Positions 46,597 to 55,780 of a DNA stretch of 64,000 bases are shown here, in pieces. The first letter of the stretch is position 1. The number at the start of each line of letters is the position of its first letter. The stretch spans positions 82,951 through 146,950 of the forward strand of contig CAVZPE010000013.1 of assembly GCA_963776915.1 (NCBI GenBank). The letters run 5' to 3'. The notes below the pieces were generated by a model. It saw only the letters and a list, made by a program, of their open reading frames with translations. It had not been told where the DNA came from and made no database searches. The stretch is from an uncultured Acidobacteriota bacterium (GTDB lineage: Bacteria; Acidobacteriota; Thermoanaerobaculia; UBA5066). The position numbers and the translations under genes are program-made.

Positions 46597-47348
46597 CACT
46601 GCATCCACTCCCAGCCCCACATCTGCTCGGTGTCCGCGGGGTCGTACCGGCGTCGGGCGTCGCCCTCGGCCTCCTTCATCCAGCGCGAGAAGTCGGCGTC
46701 GGAAAGGACGATCAGGTCGCCCTTCATCTTGTAGTGGGCCCAGCCGCACATCTGCGAGCAGGCGATGTCGTAGTCCCCGGTCTTCAGCGCCTTGAACCAG
46801 CTGCGCGTGATCGTGCCCGGGTTCGCGTCCTGCTTGAGGCGGAAGTTCGGGAGGTAGAAGCTGTGGATGACGTCCTTCGCCTTGAGGTTGAGCATCACGG
46901 GATGCCCGACCGGGACGCGCAGCTCGTCGAAGGTCACGACGTCGTCCGGCGTGTTGAAGACGCCGTCGGGGCCGGCGTAGCGGAAGTTCCAGGCCCACTG
47001 CTGGGGCATCACCTCGACGCGCAGGGTGTCCTTCGCCGTCGGCCAGTTGTACGTGGCCTCCCTGATGTCCCGCTGCGAGACGCGCACGAGGTTCATGTCG
47101 ATCGTGACGAAGACGAGCGCCGCGAGGACGCCCGTGACCGCGAAGCTCTTGCGGTCGGTTCCGTGCGTATACAGCGCCCGCACCCCGGGGCCCGCCCGGT
47201 ACTTCCACGCCGAGTACACGAGGGCGAGCACGACGAGCGTGAAGGCGATCACGCCGAGCGTCGTCGTGTACCAGAACAGGCCGTCGGCCCGCCATCCGTC
47301 CTGCGAGATGTCGGGAGCCGGAAGCCACGAGAAGGGCCACGTGTGCAT
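46596..47348 (-). CDS. coxB: cytochrome c oxidase subunit II (CuA)
   Basis: Two N-terminal TM segments, ..VMPQQWAWNF.., and the CuA site ..HSFYLP..CSQMCGWAHYKM... The start is taken at the ATG at 47348 (MHTWPF..). Its stop overlaps the coxA ATG by 1 nt. Confidence 0.9.
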   Translation of the reverse strand: MHTWPFSWLPAPDISQDGWRADGLFWYTTTLGVIAFTLVVLALVYSAWKYRAGPGVRALYTHGTDRKSFAVTGVLAALVFVTIDMNLVRVSQRDIREATYNWPTAKDTLRVEVMPQQWAWNFRYAGPDGVFNTPDDVVTFDELRVPVGHPVMLNLKAKDVIHSFYLPNFRLKQDANPGTITRSWFKALKTGDYDIACSQMCGWAHYKMKGDLIVLSDADFSRWMKEAEGDARRRYDPADTEQMWGWEWMQ

Positions 47349-47505
47349 GTCGGATCCTCGCTGGGCGCACATGATAGGGGAACCGAGACTGAGTTCAAGG
47401 CGCACCGGCCGGAAGGCATGGCCGGGCCGCAGCGCAACGCAGAAAGACATTGCGACTCAGTCACAGAAAATACTAGGATCTCGGCGCAGACAAAGGGAGG
47501 CGCCC

Positions 47506-47733
47506 ATGCACGAGGCGAACGGGAAGAAGGGCCACAAGGCCGTTCTGGTGCTGCTCCTCGCGTTCTGTCTCTACGCGCTCGTGCCGGTCTTCGGCGTCGG
47601 GCGTTACCGGAACGGTTCGGGCCAGGTGTTCTTCGAGAACTGGTACCTGCTCGGCTTCCTCGTCGTCTCCTTCTTCCTCATGCACGAGCTCATCACGCCG
47701 CTGCCGCCGAAGGGAGAGCGCCGGGAGGAGTAA
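47506..47733 (+). CDS. small two-TM membrane protein
   Basis: AGGGAGG SD 5 nt before the ATG: MHEANGKKGHKAVLVLLLAFCLYALVPVFG..WYLLGFLVVSFFLMHELI... It is divergent from the cox operon. Confidence 0.5.
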   Translation: MHEANGKKGHKAVLVLLLAFCLYALVPVFGVGRYRNGSGQVFFENWYLLGFLVVSFFLMHELITPLPPKGERREE

Positions 47734-47859
47734 GCCCCGACGCAGGACGCCCGGATCCCGGCCGGCCCCGGCGCTGACGCGCCGGACGGCCCGCCATAAG
47801 GCGGGCTCATCATGGACGCCGACCCGACGCCGCCTTAAAGAGTCCCGGAGGAGGTCCGG

Positions 47860-49212
47860 ATGGACTACCCGATCTGGGACCTGGCGTTCGGCGGAGGGGT
47901 GCTGATCGGAACGATCGCGATCCTCCACGTCTTCGTCTCTCACTTCGCGGTCGGCGGCGGGCTCGTCATGGCGTGGGCGGAGACGTCCCTCGGCCGCCGC
48001 CCCGATCCGGCCCTGCGCGCCCTCCTGAAGCGCGCGTCGCTGATGCTGATCCTCGTCTCGACCGTCTTCGGAGCCGTCTCGGGCGTGGGCATCTGGTTCG
48101 CCATCGGCCTCGTCCACCCGGCGGCCACCTCGGCGCTCATCCACACGTTCGTCTGGGGATGGGCGATCGAGTGGGCGTTCTTCCTGCTGGAGGTCGTCAC
48201 GGCCCTCGCCTGGTACGAGACGTGGGACCGCGTCCCACCGCGCACGCACCGGCTCCTGATCGTCCTCTACGCCTTCGCGGCGTTCATGTCGCTCGTGATC
48301 ATCCAGGGAATCCTCGGCTTCATGCTGACGCCCGGGCGGTGGCTCGAGACGCGCGGCTTCTGGGACGGCTTCCTGAACCCGACGTATCTCCCGGGCCTCG
48401 TCTTCCGGACCGGCGTCTGTCTCCTCCTCGCCGGGGCCTACCTGACGCTCGCGGCCCTCCGCGAGAAGGACCGCGAGGCGCGTGTACGCCTCGCCGGGTT
48501 CCTCGGCCGGGTCATGACGGCCGGCGTCGCCGTCGCGGCCGCGGGGCTCTTCTGGTGGAAGGCCGCGCTCCCGCCCGACGTGGCGGCCAACTTCCTCGGC
48601 GACAAGCCGCTGATCGCGTCGCTCGCGACGGGCTGGCGGCACCTCTTCTTCGCCCTCGGAGCCTCGGTCCTGCTCGCCCTTCTCGCCGCGCTCCTGCCGC
48701 GGAGCGTCCGCTGGCCGCAGGCGGTCCTCGCGCTCGTGGCGGCCTTCGGCCTCCTCGGCGGGTACGAGCGGATCCGCGAGGGGGTGCGCAAGCCCTTCGT
48801 CGTGCGGGGCTACATGTTCTCGAACGGGATCCTCGTTTCCGAGGTCGAGAAGCTGAACCGCGAGGGCGTTCTCTCGAAGGCCCGCTGGGCGGCGCACGAG
48901 GCGGGAGACGACCCGGTGTCGAAGGGCCGGGCCGTCTTCCGCGCCGAGTGCGCCTCCTGCCACACGCTCGACGGCTACCTCTCGATCCGCAGTCGGACGG
49001 CCGCCGCCGACGCGGATTACCTGGCGCTCTTCCTGACGGCGCTGCGCGACGACGGGGCGAAGTGGGCCGCCTCCCCGCCGCAGAAGCCGGACTACCCGTT
49101 CATGCCGCCGTTCGTCGGGACCGACGAGGAGATGCAGTCCCTCGTCGCCTACCTCGACTCCCTGAAGACCCCCGGGGCGGTGAAGACCGCGGAGGCGACC
49201 CGTGCGCGCTGA
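47860..49212 (+). CDS. polytopic membrane protein fused to a C-terminal mono-haem cytochrome c domain (possibly cytochrome bd subunit-I-like N-terminus)
   Basis: Intact 450-aa ORF with about 8 TM segments (..IAILHVFVSHFAVGGGL..) followed by ..GRAVFRAECASCHTLDGY... Confidence 0.7.
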   Translation: MDYPIWDLAFGGGVLIGTIAILHVFVSHFAVGGGLVMAWAETSLGRRPDPALRALLKRASLMLILVSTVFGAVSGVGIWFAIGLVHPAATSALIHTFVWGWAIEWAFFLLEVVTALAWYETWDRVPPRTHRLLIVLYAFAAFMSLVIIQGILGFMLTPGRWLETRGFWDGFLNPTYLPGLVFRTGVCLLLAGAYLTLAALREKDREARVRLAGFLGRVMTAGVAVAAAGLFWWKAALPPDVAANFLGDKPLIASLATGWRHLFFALGASVLLALLAALLPRSVRWPQAVLALVAAFGLLGGYERIREGVRKPFVVRGYMFSNGILVSEVEKLNREGVLSKARWAAHEAGDDPVSKGRAVFRAECASCHTLDGYLSIRSRTAAADADYLALFLTALRDDGAKWAASPPQKPDYPFMPPFVGTDEEMQSLVAYLDSLKTPGAVKTAEATRAR

Positions 49213-50290
49213 CCTGATCCCTGCCCTCGACCCGGCGCCGGTGCCGGGACCGCCGGCGCTCCTCGTCGTCCTCTGGATCGTGACGTTCTTCCTCCACCTG
49301 CTCGCGGTCAACGCCGCGCTCGGCGGAGCGCTCTTCGCCGTCCTCCAGCCGCCGTCGATGCCGACCGCATCGCGGAGGGCCGTCGCGCTCTTCTTCACGG
49401 AGATCAACTCGTGGGCGCTCTCGCTCGCGATCACGTTCGCGATCGCGCCCCTCCTCTTCATGCAGGTGCTCTACGGCCGCTTCTTCTACACGGCCTCGGT
49501 CCTCGTCGCCCCCGTCTGGCTCGGCCTTCTTCTCCTTCTCATGCTCGCGTACTACCTCAACTGGGTCGCGAAGTTCCGGCTCCGGGCGGGGAAGAGCGCG
49601 ACGGCGGCGCTCTCCCTCTCGGCGACCCTCGCCCTCGCGATCGCGGCCATCCAGACGTCGGTCCACCTCATCTCGGTCCAGCCCGCGCTCTGGAGCGCCT
49701 TTCTGGGCCGCCCGTCCCTCGTCCTCGGGGACCCGACGTTCTTCCCGCGCCTCCTCCACTTCATCCTCGCCGCGGTCTCGATGGCCGCGGTTCTCCCCGC
49801 CGCGTTTCCCCGTGCGCTCGAAAACGAGGCGCCGGGAGCGGCCCGCTTCGGCCTCTTCACGGCGCTCGTCCTGACCGGGGCGCAGTTCGTCGTGGGCCTC
49901 TGGCTCCTCCTGGCCCTCCCGAGGGCGGTCCTCCTCGACCTCGTGACCGGAGGGATCGCGAGGATGGCGCCGCTCGGCCTCGGAATCCTGGTGGGCCTCG
50001 CCCTCCTCGGCCTCCTCGTCCGCGCGGTCGGCGCGCCCGGAAACGTGCGCCTCGCACGTGTCGCCCTCGGCCACTTCGCGGCGGCGGCGCTGTTCATGAT
50101 CGTCACGCGCCACCAGGTCCGCGACCTCTACCTCGCCGCCGCGCGGGCCGGCGAACGGCTCGAGGTCGCCTCGCAGTGGGGCGTCCTCGCCCTCTTCCTC
50201 GCCGTCTTCGTCCTGTGCGCGGGGCTCTCCGTGTGGGCCCTCCATCGCGCCGCGACGGACCGGCCGGGCCCGGGGGAGGCGGCCGCCTAG
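49202..50290 (+). CDS. polytopic membrane protein, partner of the preceding gene
   Basis: Intact 362-aa highly hydrophobic ORF. The GTG start overlaps the upstream gene by 11 nt. No family was recognised. Confidence 0.6.
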   Translation: MRADLIPALDPAPVPGPPALLVVLWIVTFFLHLLAVNAALGGALFAVLQPPSMPTASRRAVALFFTEINSWALSLAITFAIAPLLFMQVLYGRFFYTASVLVAPVWLGLLLLLMLAYYLNWVAKFRLRAGKSATAALSLSATLALAIAAIQTSVHLISVQPALWSAFLGRPSLVLGDPTFFPRLLHFILAAVSMAAVLPAAFPRALENEAPGAARFGLFTALVLTGAQFVVGLWLLLALPRAVLLDLVTGGIARMAPLGLGILVGLALLGLLVRAVGAPGNVRLARVALGHFAAAALFMIVTRHQVRDLYLAAARAGERLEVASQWGVLALFLAVFVLCAGLSVWALHRAATDRPGPGEAAA

Positions 50291-50336
50291 TTTCTCGAGG
50301 GGCGCGTCCCGGCGCGGCGGCCGGCCAGCCGGCTCT

Positions 50337-50636
50337 CTATCGGGCCCGAGGCCGCCTTCCGTAGCGATCGATGTCGTCGTGCCTGACGACGTCGATGAAG
50401 AAGATCGTGCCTTCTTCGACGCGAAAGATGATGCGGTCGCCGCTGCTGATTCGAGCCTCGAAGTAGTATTTCTCGGGCTGAATCGGCTTCACGCGAAGAC
50501 CCGACGACGCTTCCCTCTCGAGGAGTGCGATCGCGGCGCGGTCACAGGATCGCTGCCGATCGACGGTCAAGTCCCTGTAGGACCGCTTCCAGCTCTCGGA
50601 CCAGACAGCCCTGAAAGGTTCGATCCTGCCGGCCAC
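50337..50636 (-). CDS. RelE/ParE-superfamily type II toxin
   Basis: 99 aa. ..GLRVKPIQPEKYYFEARISSGDRIIFRVEEGTIFFIDVVRHDDI.. matches the RelE/ParE beta-sheet pattern. It lies 14 nt downstream of an AbrB-type antitoxin gene. Confidence 0.7.
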   Translation of the reverse strand: MAGRIEPFRAVWSESWKRSYRDLTVDRQRSCDRAAIALLEREASSGLRVKPIQPEKYYFEARISSGDRIIFRVEEGTIFFIDVVRHDDIDRYGRRPRAR

Positions 50637-50650
50637 GTGATCGCGCTCGG

Positions 50651-50959
50651 CTATTTCCGCTTCCGCGGGTGCCGTTTCAGGCCGTCGAGAAACGCCGAGG
50701 CTTCCTCGGGGCTCTCGGTCGTCGTGCCGCGGCCGGAGACGATGCTCGCCTCGGCCTTCCGGATCCGCTCCTGCATCGCGGGGTGGTAGAACCAGAGCTG
50801 GTCCTTCGGGACGAGAGCGGCCGGGACGAGCTCGTAGGTTCCGCGGTCGGTGCGCTCCAGAATGATGAAATCTCCGGCCTCGACGCCGAGGGCCGCGCGG
50901 ACATCTTCCGGCAGCGTCGCGCGGCCTTTCTTGTCCAGGGTGACGAACGTCGAACTCAT
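50651..50959 (-). CDS. AbrB/MazE/SpoVT-family antitoxin
   Basis: ..TLDKKGRATLPEDVRAALGVEAGDFIILER.. is a swapped-hairpin barrel motif. Confidence 0.8.
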   Translation of the reverse strand: MSSTFVTLDKKGRATLPEDVRAALGVEAGDFIILERTDRGTYELVPAALVPKDQLWFYHPAMQERIRKAEASIVSGRGTTTESPEEASAFLDGLKRHPRKRK

Positions 50960-51001
50960 GGAAATCCCCGGGCCCTCAGACCCACAGTGGGATTATGCCA
51001 C

Positions 51002-54000
51002 TCAGTCGAACCGGACGCTGACGAGCTTCGAGACGCCCGGCTCTTCCTGCGTCACGCCGTAGAGGGCCTGGGCGGTCTCCATCGTCCTCTTGTTGTGCGT
51101 GATGAGGACGAACTGCGTCTCCTCGGACAGCTCGACGAGGAGGGAGGTGAACCGGTCGATGTTCGCCTCGTCGAGCGGCGCGTCCACCTCGTCGAGGATG
51201 CAGAAGGGCGACGGCTTGTACTTGAAGATCGCGACGAGGAGCGCGATCGCCGTCAGGGCCTTCTCGCCGCCGGAGAGGAGGCCGATCGTCTGGTTCCGCT
51301 TGCCCGGGGGCTGCGCCATGATCTCGAGCCCCGAGTCCAGCGGGTCGTCCTCGTCGAGCAGGTGCATCGAGGCCGTGCCCCCGTGGAACAGGCGCTGGAA
51401 GACGGCGCCGAAGTTCGCGTTGACGGACGCGAAGGCCTCCGCGAAGCGCGCCGACGACGTCTGGTTGATCGTCTTGATCGTCTCGAGGATCTGGGCGAGC
51501 GAGCTCTCGAGGTCGGCCTTCTGCGCGGAGAGCTCGACGAAGCGCGCGTGCTCGACCGTGTATTCCTCGAGGGCCGCGTGATTCACCGGGCCGAGGCGCT
51601 CGAGGGCGAGCGTCTTGCCGACGACGTCCTCGGCGAGCCGGGCCTCGAAGACGTCCTCGGCGAGGGCGATCTCCTCGTCGGCCTTCTCGAGGGCGGGGAG
51701 CTCGCCGGGCAGGCAGCCGAACTCGGTGCGGCACGTCTCGACGAGGTGGTCCTGGTCGGCGCGCCGGCGCTCGAGGCCGAGGTCCGCCTCGAACCGGGCG
51801 CGGCGGGCGGCGTCCAGGGCCTCGCGGGCGGCGGCGCTCCGGGTCTCGGCCTCGGTGCGCGCCTCGCGGCGCGCGGCGGAGGCGCCGTCCACCTCCGCCC
51901 GGCGGGTCTCGGCGGCCGTCGCGGCGGCGGCCGTCGCGGCGAGGGCGGCGGCGGTGGAAGCGCCCGACTCGAGGACGCGAGACCGGCGCGCCTCGACCTC
52001 GAGGAGCGCGTCCGCGAGCTCGGCGACGCGCCGGGCGGCCTCGCGCGAGCGCTCCTCGGCGGCGGCCGCCGCGTCGGCGAGCGCGCGCACGCGCTCGGCC
52101 AGGACGTCGCGGGCGTTGCGCGCGGTCGCGTCGCCCTCGGCGGCCTCGAGCCGCGCGGCGCGGGCCGCGTCCAGCGAGGTCTCGATCTCGGCGAGCGTCC
52201 GTTCGACGGTCGCCATCTCGCCCGCGCGGGCGGCCGCGAGGCGGGCGGCCTCGGCGCGGCTCTCGCGGGCCCGGCCGAGGTCGGACGCGAGCCCCCGCTC
52301 CTCGTCCTCGAGGACGGCGGTCTCCTTGCGGGCGCGCTCCTCCTCCTCGCGGGCGGCCTCGGCCTTCGCGAGGGCCTCGGAATGCTCGCGCTCGGCGGCG
52401 CGCGCTCCGGCGACCGCCTCGTCGAGCGTCGCGGCGAAGGAGCCCGCCTGCCGCGTCAGCGCCGCGATCGAGGCGTCGGAGTCGGCCAGCTTCGCCTCGA
52501 GCGTCTCGCGCTCGGCGGCGAGGCCCTTGAGGTCGCGCCGGACCGTGAAGAGGCCCTCGCCCGGCACGTCCGTGCCCGCGGCCTCGACGACGGCGCCGCG
52601 CACGACGACGCCGGACTCGGTGACGATGGTCCGCTCCGGGTGCACGGCGGCGATCGCGAGGGCGTCGTCCACGCTCGCGACGACGACGGCGTCGGGGAGC
52701 GCCGAGGCCGGAGCCTTCTCGGACTTCGGCGAGAGGAGGTCGCGGGCGATGCCCTTGACGCGCGGGTCGGCGGGCCGGAGCGGAAACGGCGTGTCCGGGA
52801 GGGGGTGGACGAACCGCGCCGTGCCGAGCTTGCCGTCGCGGACGGCGCGGAGCGCCGCGTCCAGATCCGCCCGGCCCGCGAGGACGGGGGCCTCGAGCGC
52901 GGCGCCCAGCGCGGCGTCGAGGGCCGTCTCGAAGCCGGAGGCGGCCTCGAAGTGGTCCGCGAGGACGCCGGCGGGGGAGACGCCCGCGCTCTCGAGCGCC
53001 CGGCGCGCCGACTCGCCTCCCGCCTCGCGCGTCGCGAGGGTCGTCTCGAGGGCCGCCGTCCTCACGGCGGCGGCGTGCAGCGCGGAGACGAGCGCGTCGC
53101 GGGAGACCTTCAGGACGGCGAGCTGCTCTTCGGCGGCCTTGCGCCCGTGCGTCGCGCCCTCGAGCCGCGCGCGCGCGGCCTCGAGCGTCGCGGACGCGGA
53201 CGCGACCTGGCGCGCGGCCTCCTCGACGGCGGCGCGGCGGCCCGCGAGGACCTCGCGCGCCCGGCCCTTCCGCTCCTCGAGCTTCGCGAGCGCGAAGGCG
53301 AGGCGGTCCTCGAGGAGCGCCGTCTCGCGCTCGCGGTTCGCGGCCTCGGCGGAGCGGCCCGACGCGGCGAGGAGATCGCGGCGCGCGCCCTCGCGGCGGA
53401 GCGTGACGTCCGTCTCCTTCGCGGTGGCGGCGGCGAGGGCCTCCGCGGCCGCGCGCGCGGCCTCGTCGGCCTTCGCGAGGTCGGCCTCGGCCTCCTCGCG
53501 CGCCCTCGCGCTCCGGCCGGCCTCCTCGACGAAGCGGACGTGGTCCGCCTCGGTCTCCTTCTTCTGGCCCTCGAGCAGCTCGCGGCGCGCCCCGGCCTCC
53601 TCGGCCTCGCGCACGGCCGCCGCCGCCGCCGCCTCGGCCGCGAGCAGGCCTTCGCGGGCGCGCGCGAACGCGTCGCCCGCCTCGCGCACGGCGCGCTCGT
53701 CCTCGTCCGCGAGGCGGCGCGCCTCCGCGAGCTCGGCCTCGAGGCGCCCGAGCTCCGCGAGCGCCACCGCCTCGGCGTCGGTCGCCGCGGCGAGGGCCTT
53801 CTCGCCCTCGGCGAAGCCGGACGCCAGGCGATCGGCGCGCAGGCGCGCGAGCCGCCGCTTCTGGGCCGCCAGGACGTCGGCCTGCTCCTTCCAGCGGGCG
53901 GCGCGCGAGGCCTGGCGCTTGAGGGACGCGCACGTGCGGTCGATCTCCGAGACGATGTCCGTGAGGCGCAGCAGGTTCCCGCGCGTCTCCTCGAGCTTGA

Positions 54001-54541
54001 CCTCCGCCTGGCGCTTGCGGATCTTGTATTTCGAGACCCCGGCGGCCTCCTCGATGAGACGGCGCCGGTCCTGCGGCTTCGTCGAGAGGATGAGGTCGAT
54101 CTTCTGCTGCTCGATGATCGAGTACGCGCGGACGCCGAGGCCCGTGCCGAGCAGGATCTCCTGCACGTCCTTCAGGCGCGAGCGCTTGCCGTTCAGGATG
54201 TAGTCGCTCTCGCCGTCGCGCGTCACGCGCCGGGCGATCGTGACCTCGCCGCCCGTTTCGGCCCACTCCTCGCCGCTCCGCGATTCGAGCGTGATCGTGA
54301 CCTCCGCCATCCCGAGCGGGCGGCGGCGGGCCGCGCCGTTGAAGATCACGTCCTCCATCGTCGTGCCGCGCAGGTTCCGCGCGGACTGCTCGCCGAGGAC
54401 CCACTGCACGGCGTCGCAGATGTTCGACTTGCCCGAGCCGTTCGGTCCGACGATGGCGGTGATGCGCGTCGGGAGCGTGAGCGCGGTCTTGTCCACGAAG
54501 GACTTGAAGCCCTGGATGTCGAGTTTCTTCAGTCGAAACAT
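51002..54541 (-). CDS. smc: chromosome segregation protein SMC
   Basis: Intact. It has MFRLKKLDIQGFKSF.., Walker A ..VGPNGSGKSNI.., a long coiled coil, a hinge, the signature ..LSGGEKALTAIAL.. and Walker B ..FCILDEVDAPLD... The start is chosen at the ATG at 54541. Confidence 0.95.
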   Translation of the reverse strand: MFRLKKLDIQGFKSFVDKTALTLPTRITAIVGPNGSGKSNICDAVQWVLGEQSARNLRGTTMEDVIFNGAARRRPLGMAEVTITLESRSGEEWAETGGEVTIARRVTRDGESDYILNGKRSRLKDVQEILLGTGLGVRAYSIIEQQKIDLILSTKPQDRRRLIEEAAGVSKYKIRKRQAEVKLEETRGNLLRLTDIVSEIDRTCASLKRQASRAARWKEQADVLAAQKRRLARLRADRLASGFAEGEKALAAATDAEAVALAELGRLEAELAEARRLADEDERAVREAGDAFARAREGLLAAEAAAAAAVREAEEAGARRELLEGQKKETEADHVRFVEEAGRSARAREEAEADLAKADEAARAAAEALAAATAKETDVTLRREGARRDLLAASGRSAEAANRERETALLEDRLAFALAKLEERKGRAREVLAGRRAAVEEAARQVASASATLEAARARLEGATHGRKAAEEQLAVLKVSRDALVSALHAAAVRTAALETTLATREAGGESARRALESAGVSPAGVLADHFEAASGFETALDAALGAALEAPVLAGRADLDAALRAVRDGKLGTARFVHPLPDTPFPLRPADPRVKGIARDLLSPKSEKAPASALPDAVVVASVDDALAIAAVHPERTIVTESGVVVRGAVVEAAGTDVPGEGLFTVRRDLKGLAAERETLEAKLADSDASIAALTRQAGSFAATLDEAVAGARAAEREHSEALAKAEAAREEEERARKETAVLEDEERGLASDLGRARESRAEAARLAAARAGEMATVERTLAEIETSLDAARAARLEAAEGDATARNARDVLAERVRALADAAAAAEERSREAARRVAELADALLEVEARRSRVLESGASTAAALAATAAAATAAETRRAEVDGASAARREARTEAETRSAAAREALDAARRARFEADLGLERRRADQDHLVETCRTEFGCLPGELPALEKADEEIALAEDVFEARLAEDVVGKTLALERLGPVNHAALEEYTVEHARFVELSAQKADLESSLAQILETIKTINQTSSARFAEAFASVNANFGAVFQRLFHGGTASMHLLDEDDPLDSGLEIMAQPPGKRNQTIGLLSGGEKALTAIALLVAIFKYKPSPFCILDEVDAPLDEANIDRFTSLLVELSEETQFVLITHNKRTMETAQALYGVTQEEPGVSKLVSVRFD

Positions 54542-54623
54542 GAACGCCTTTTTTCCGCAGTTCCCGACGTGGCTGACGTTTCTTCGGGGCGGCACGCTAC
54601 CACGCGCCCGAGGGCCCTAACCA

Positions 54624-55640
54624 CTACATTTTGAGGGTGCGACGGTGCCGGGACTCAACCGGCTGGGGTCTGGCGGGGCGCGTCTCCTCGGCGCAGGGGA
54701 AGCCCGGACCCGCGTCGAGCGCGCGCAGAAGGCCGCCGCGCGAGTTGACGCGGAGCTTGGAGAAGACGTGCTTGAGGTGGTCCTTGACCGTCCACTCCGT
54801 GATGAAGAGGCGGCGCGCGATCTCCGCATTGCGCAGCCCCTCGAGCACCGCCCCGACGACCTCGGCCTCGCGGCCGGACACCCCGCGCTCCTCGAGGCGC
54901 GCCCGCACCTCCTCGGGCGTGAGCGTCGACAGGAGCCGCAGCGTGAGGACGGCGACTTCCTCCTCGCCGTCGGAGAAGCGCGCGACGGAGGCCTCGAACA
55001 GGCGCCCGTCCCCGAGCGCGCCGCGGCGGCGCGTGCCCGCGGGCGCGCCCGCCGCGAGCCGCTGCAGGTATCCGGCCAGGGGGACCTCGCGCCCGCCGTC
55101 GGTCACGACGTGAGGCGCGGCGCGGGGCGTCGACAGCAACGCCGTCGCCGCGGCGTTCGCGTAGAGGACGGCGCCCGAGGCCCGGATGAGGAGGACGGGC
55201 GTCGACGCCGCGTCGGCGGCGCTCTCGAGGCGCCGCCGCGCCGCGGCGTGGATCTCGCACGCGGCCGCGAACTCGAGGAGCTGCGCGAGCATCGGCCGCA
55301 GGACCTCGAACCGGAGGGCCTCGGGATCCGTCCAGGGGCGCCGCGGCCCGCGGACCAGCGCGAGGACCCCGCGGACGAGGCCCGGCACCGCGAAGGGGGT
55401 CGACAGGACGCCCGGTCCGCCGGCGCGGATCGCGGTCCGGACCGCCCTCAGGGGCGAGATCTGGACGCCGGTCATCCGCCACCGGTATCTCTGGCCCTGG
55501 GGCTCGAAGACGTACTCGAGATCCACGACGTCGGGCTCGAGGACGGACCGGATCGTGTCGACGATCCGCTGCAGCGCCTGGGCGTTTCGGCCGCGAAAGG
55601 GCGGTCCGTCGAGGGGGGAAGCGGGCATATGGGGCGGCAA
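54624..55640 (-). CDS. LuxR-family transcriptional regulator (unknown N-terminal sensor domain)
   Basis: C-terminal HTH ..GREAEVVGAVLEGLRNAEIARRLFITEWTVKDHLKHVFSKLRV... Confidence 0.8.
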   Translation of the reverse strand: MPPHMPASPLDGPPFRGRNAQALQRIVDTIRSVLEPDVVDLEYVFEPQGQRYRWRMTGVQISPLRAVRTAIRAGGPGVLSTPFAVPGLVRGVLALVRGPRRPWTDPEALRFEVLRPMLAQLLEFAAACEIHAAARRRLESAADAASTPVLLIRASGAVLYANAAATALLSTPRAAPHVVTDGGREVPLAGYLQRLAAGAPAGTRRRGALGDGRLFEASVARFSDGEEEVAVLTLRLLSTLTPEEVRARLEERGVSGREAEVVGAVLEGLRNAEIARRLFITEWTVKDHLKHVFSKLRVNSRGGLLRALDAGPGFPCAEETRPARPQPVESRHRRTLKM

Positions 55641-55780
55641 TCAGCCTTCGCCCGCCATTCTACGGCCCGCCGGCCCGGCGGCGTTCAAATCGTGTCGTCG
55701 GCCTCTGGACAACGCGGTTCCAAGTGATAGTCTCGTGTTTGACCAAAGCACCCCCCTTCCTCTGTCGGAGGACACTTCCC

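Noticed and set aside
47349-47505. Possible sigma-54 (-24 GG / -12 GC) or sigma70 promoter motifs in the coxB / small-membrane-gene divergent region (for example TGGCCGGGCCGCAGCGC, and TTGCGA..TACTAG with a 15-nt spacer).
   Set aside because: The matches are weak with wrong spacing. They cannot be distinguished from background in GC-rich DNA.
50669-54634. 1321-aa plus-strand ORF covering the smc locus.
   Set aside because: It is antisense to an intact, motif-complete SMC gene. Its composition (RGLEA repeats) mirrors the coiled-coil codons. It is a shadow ORF.
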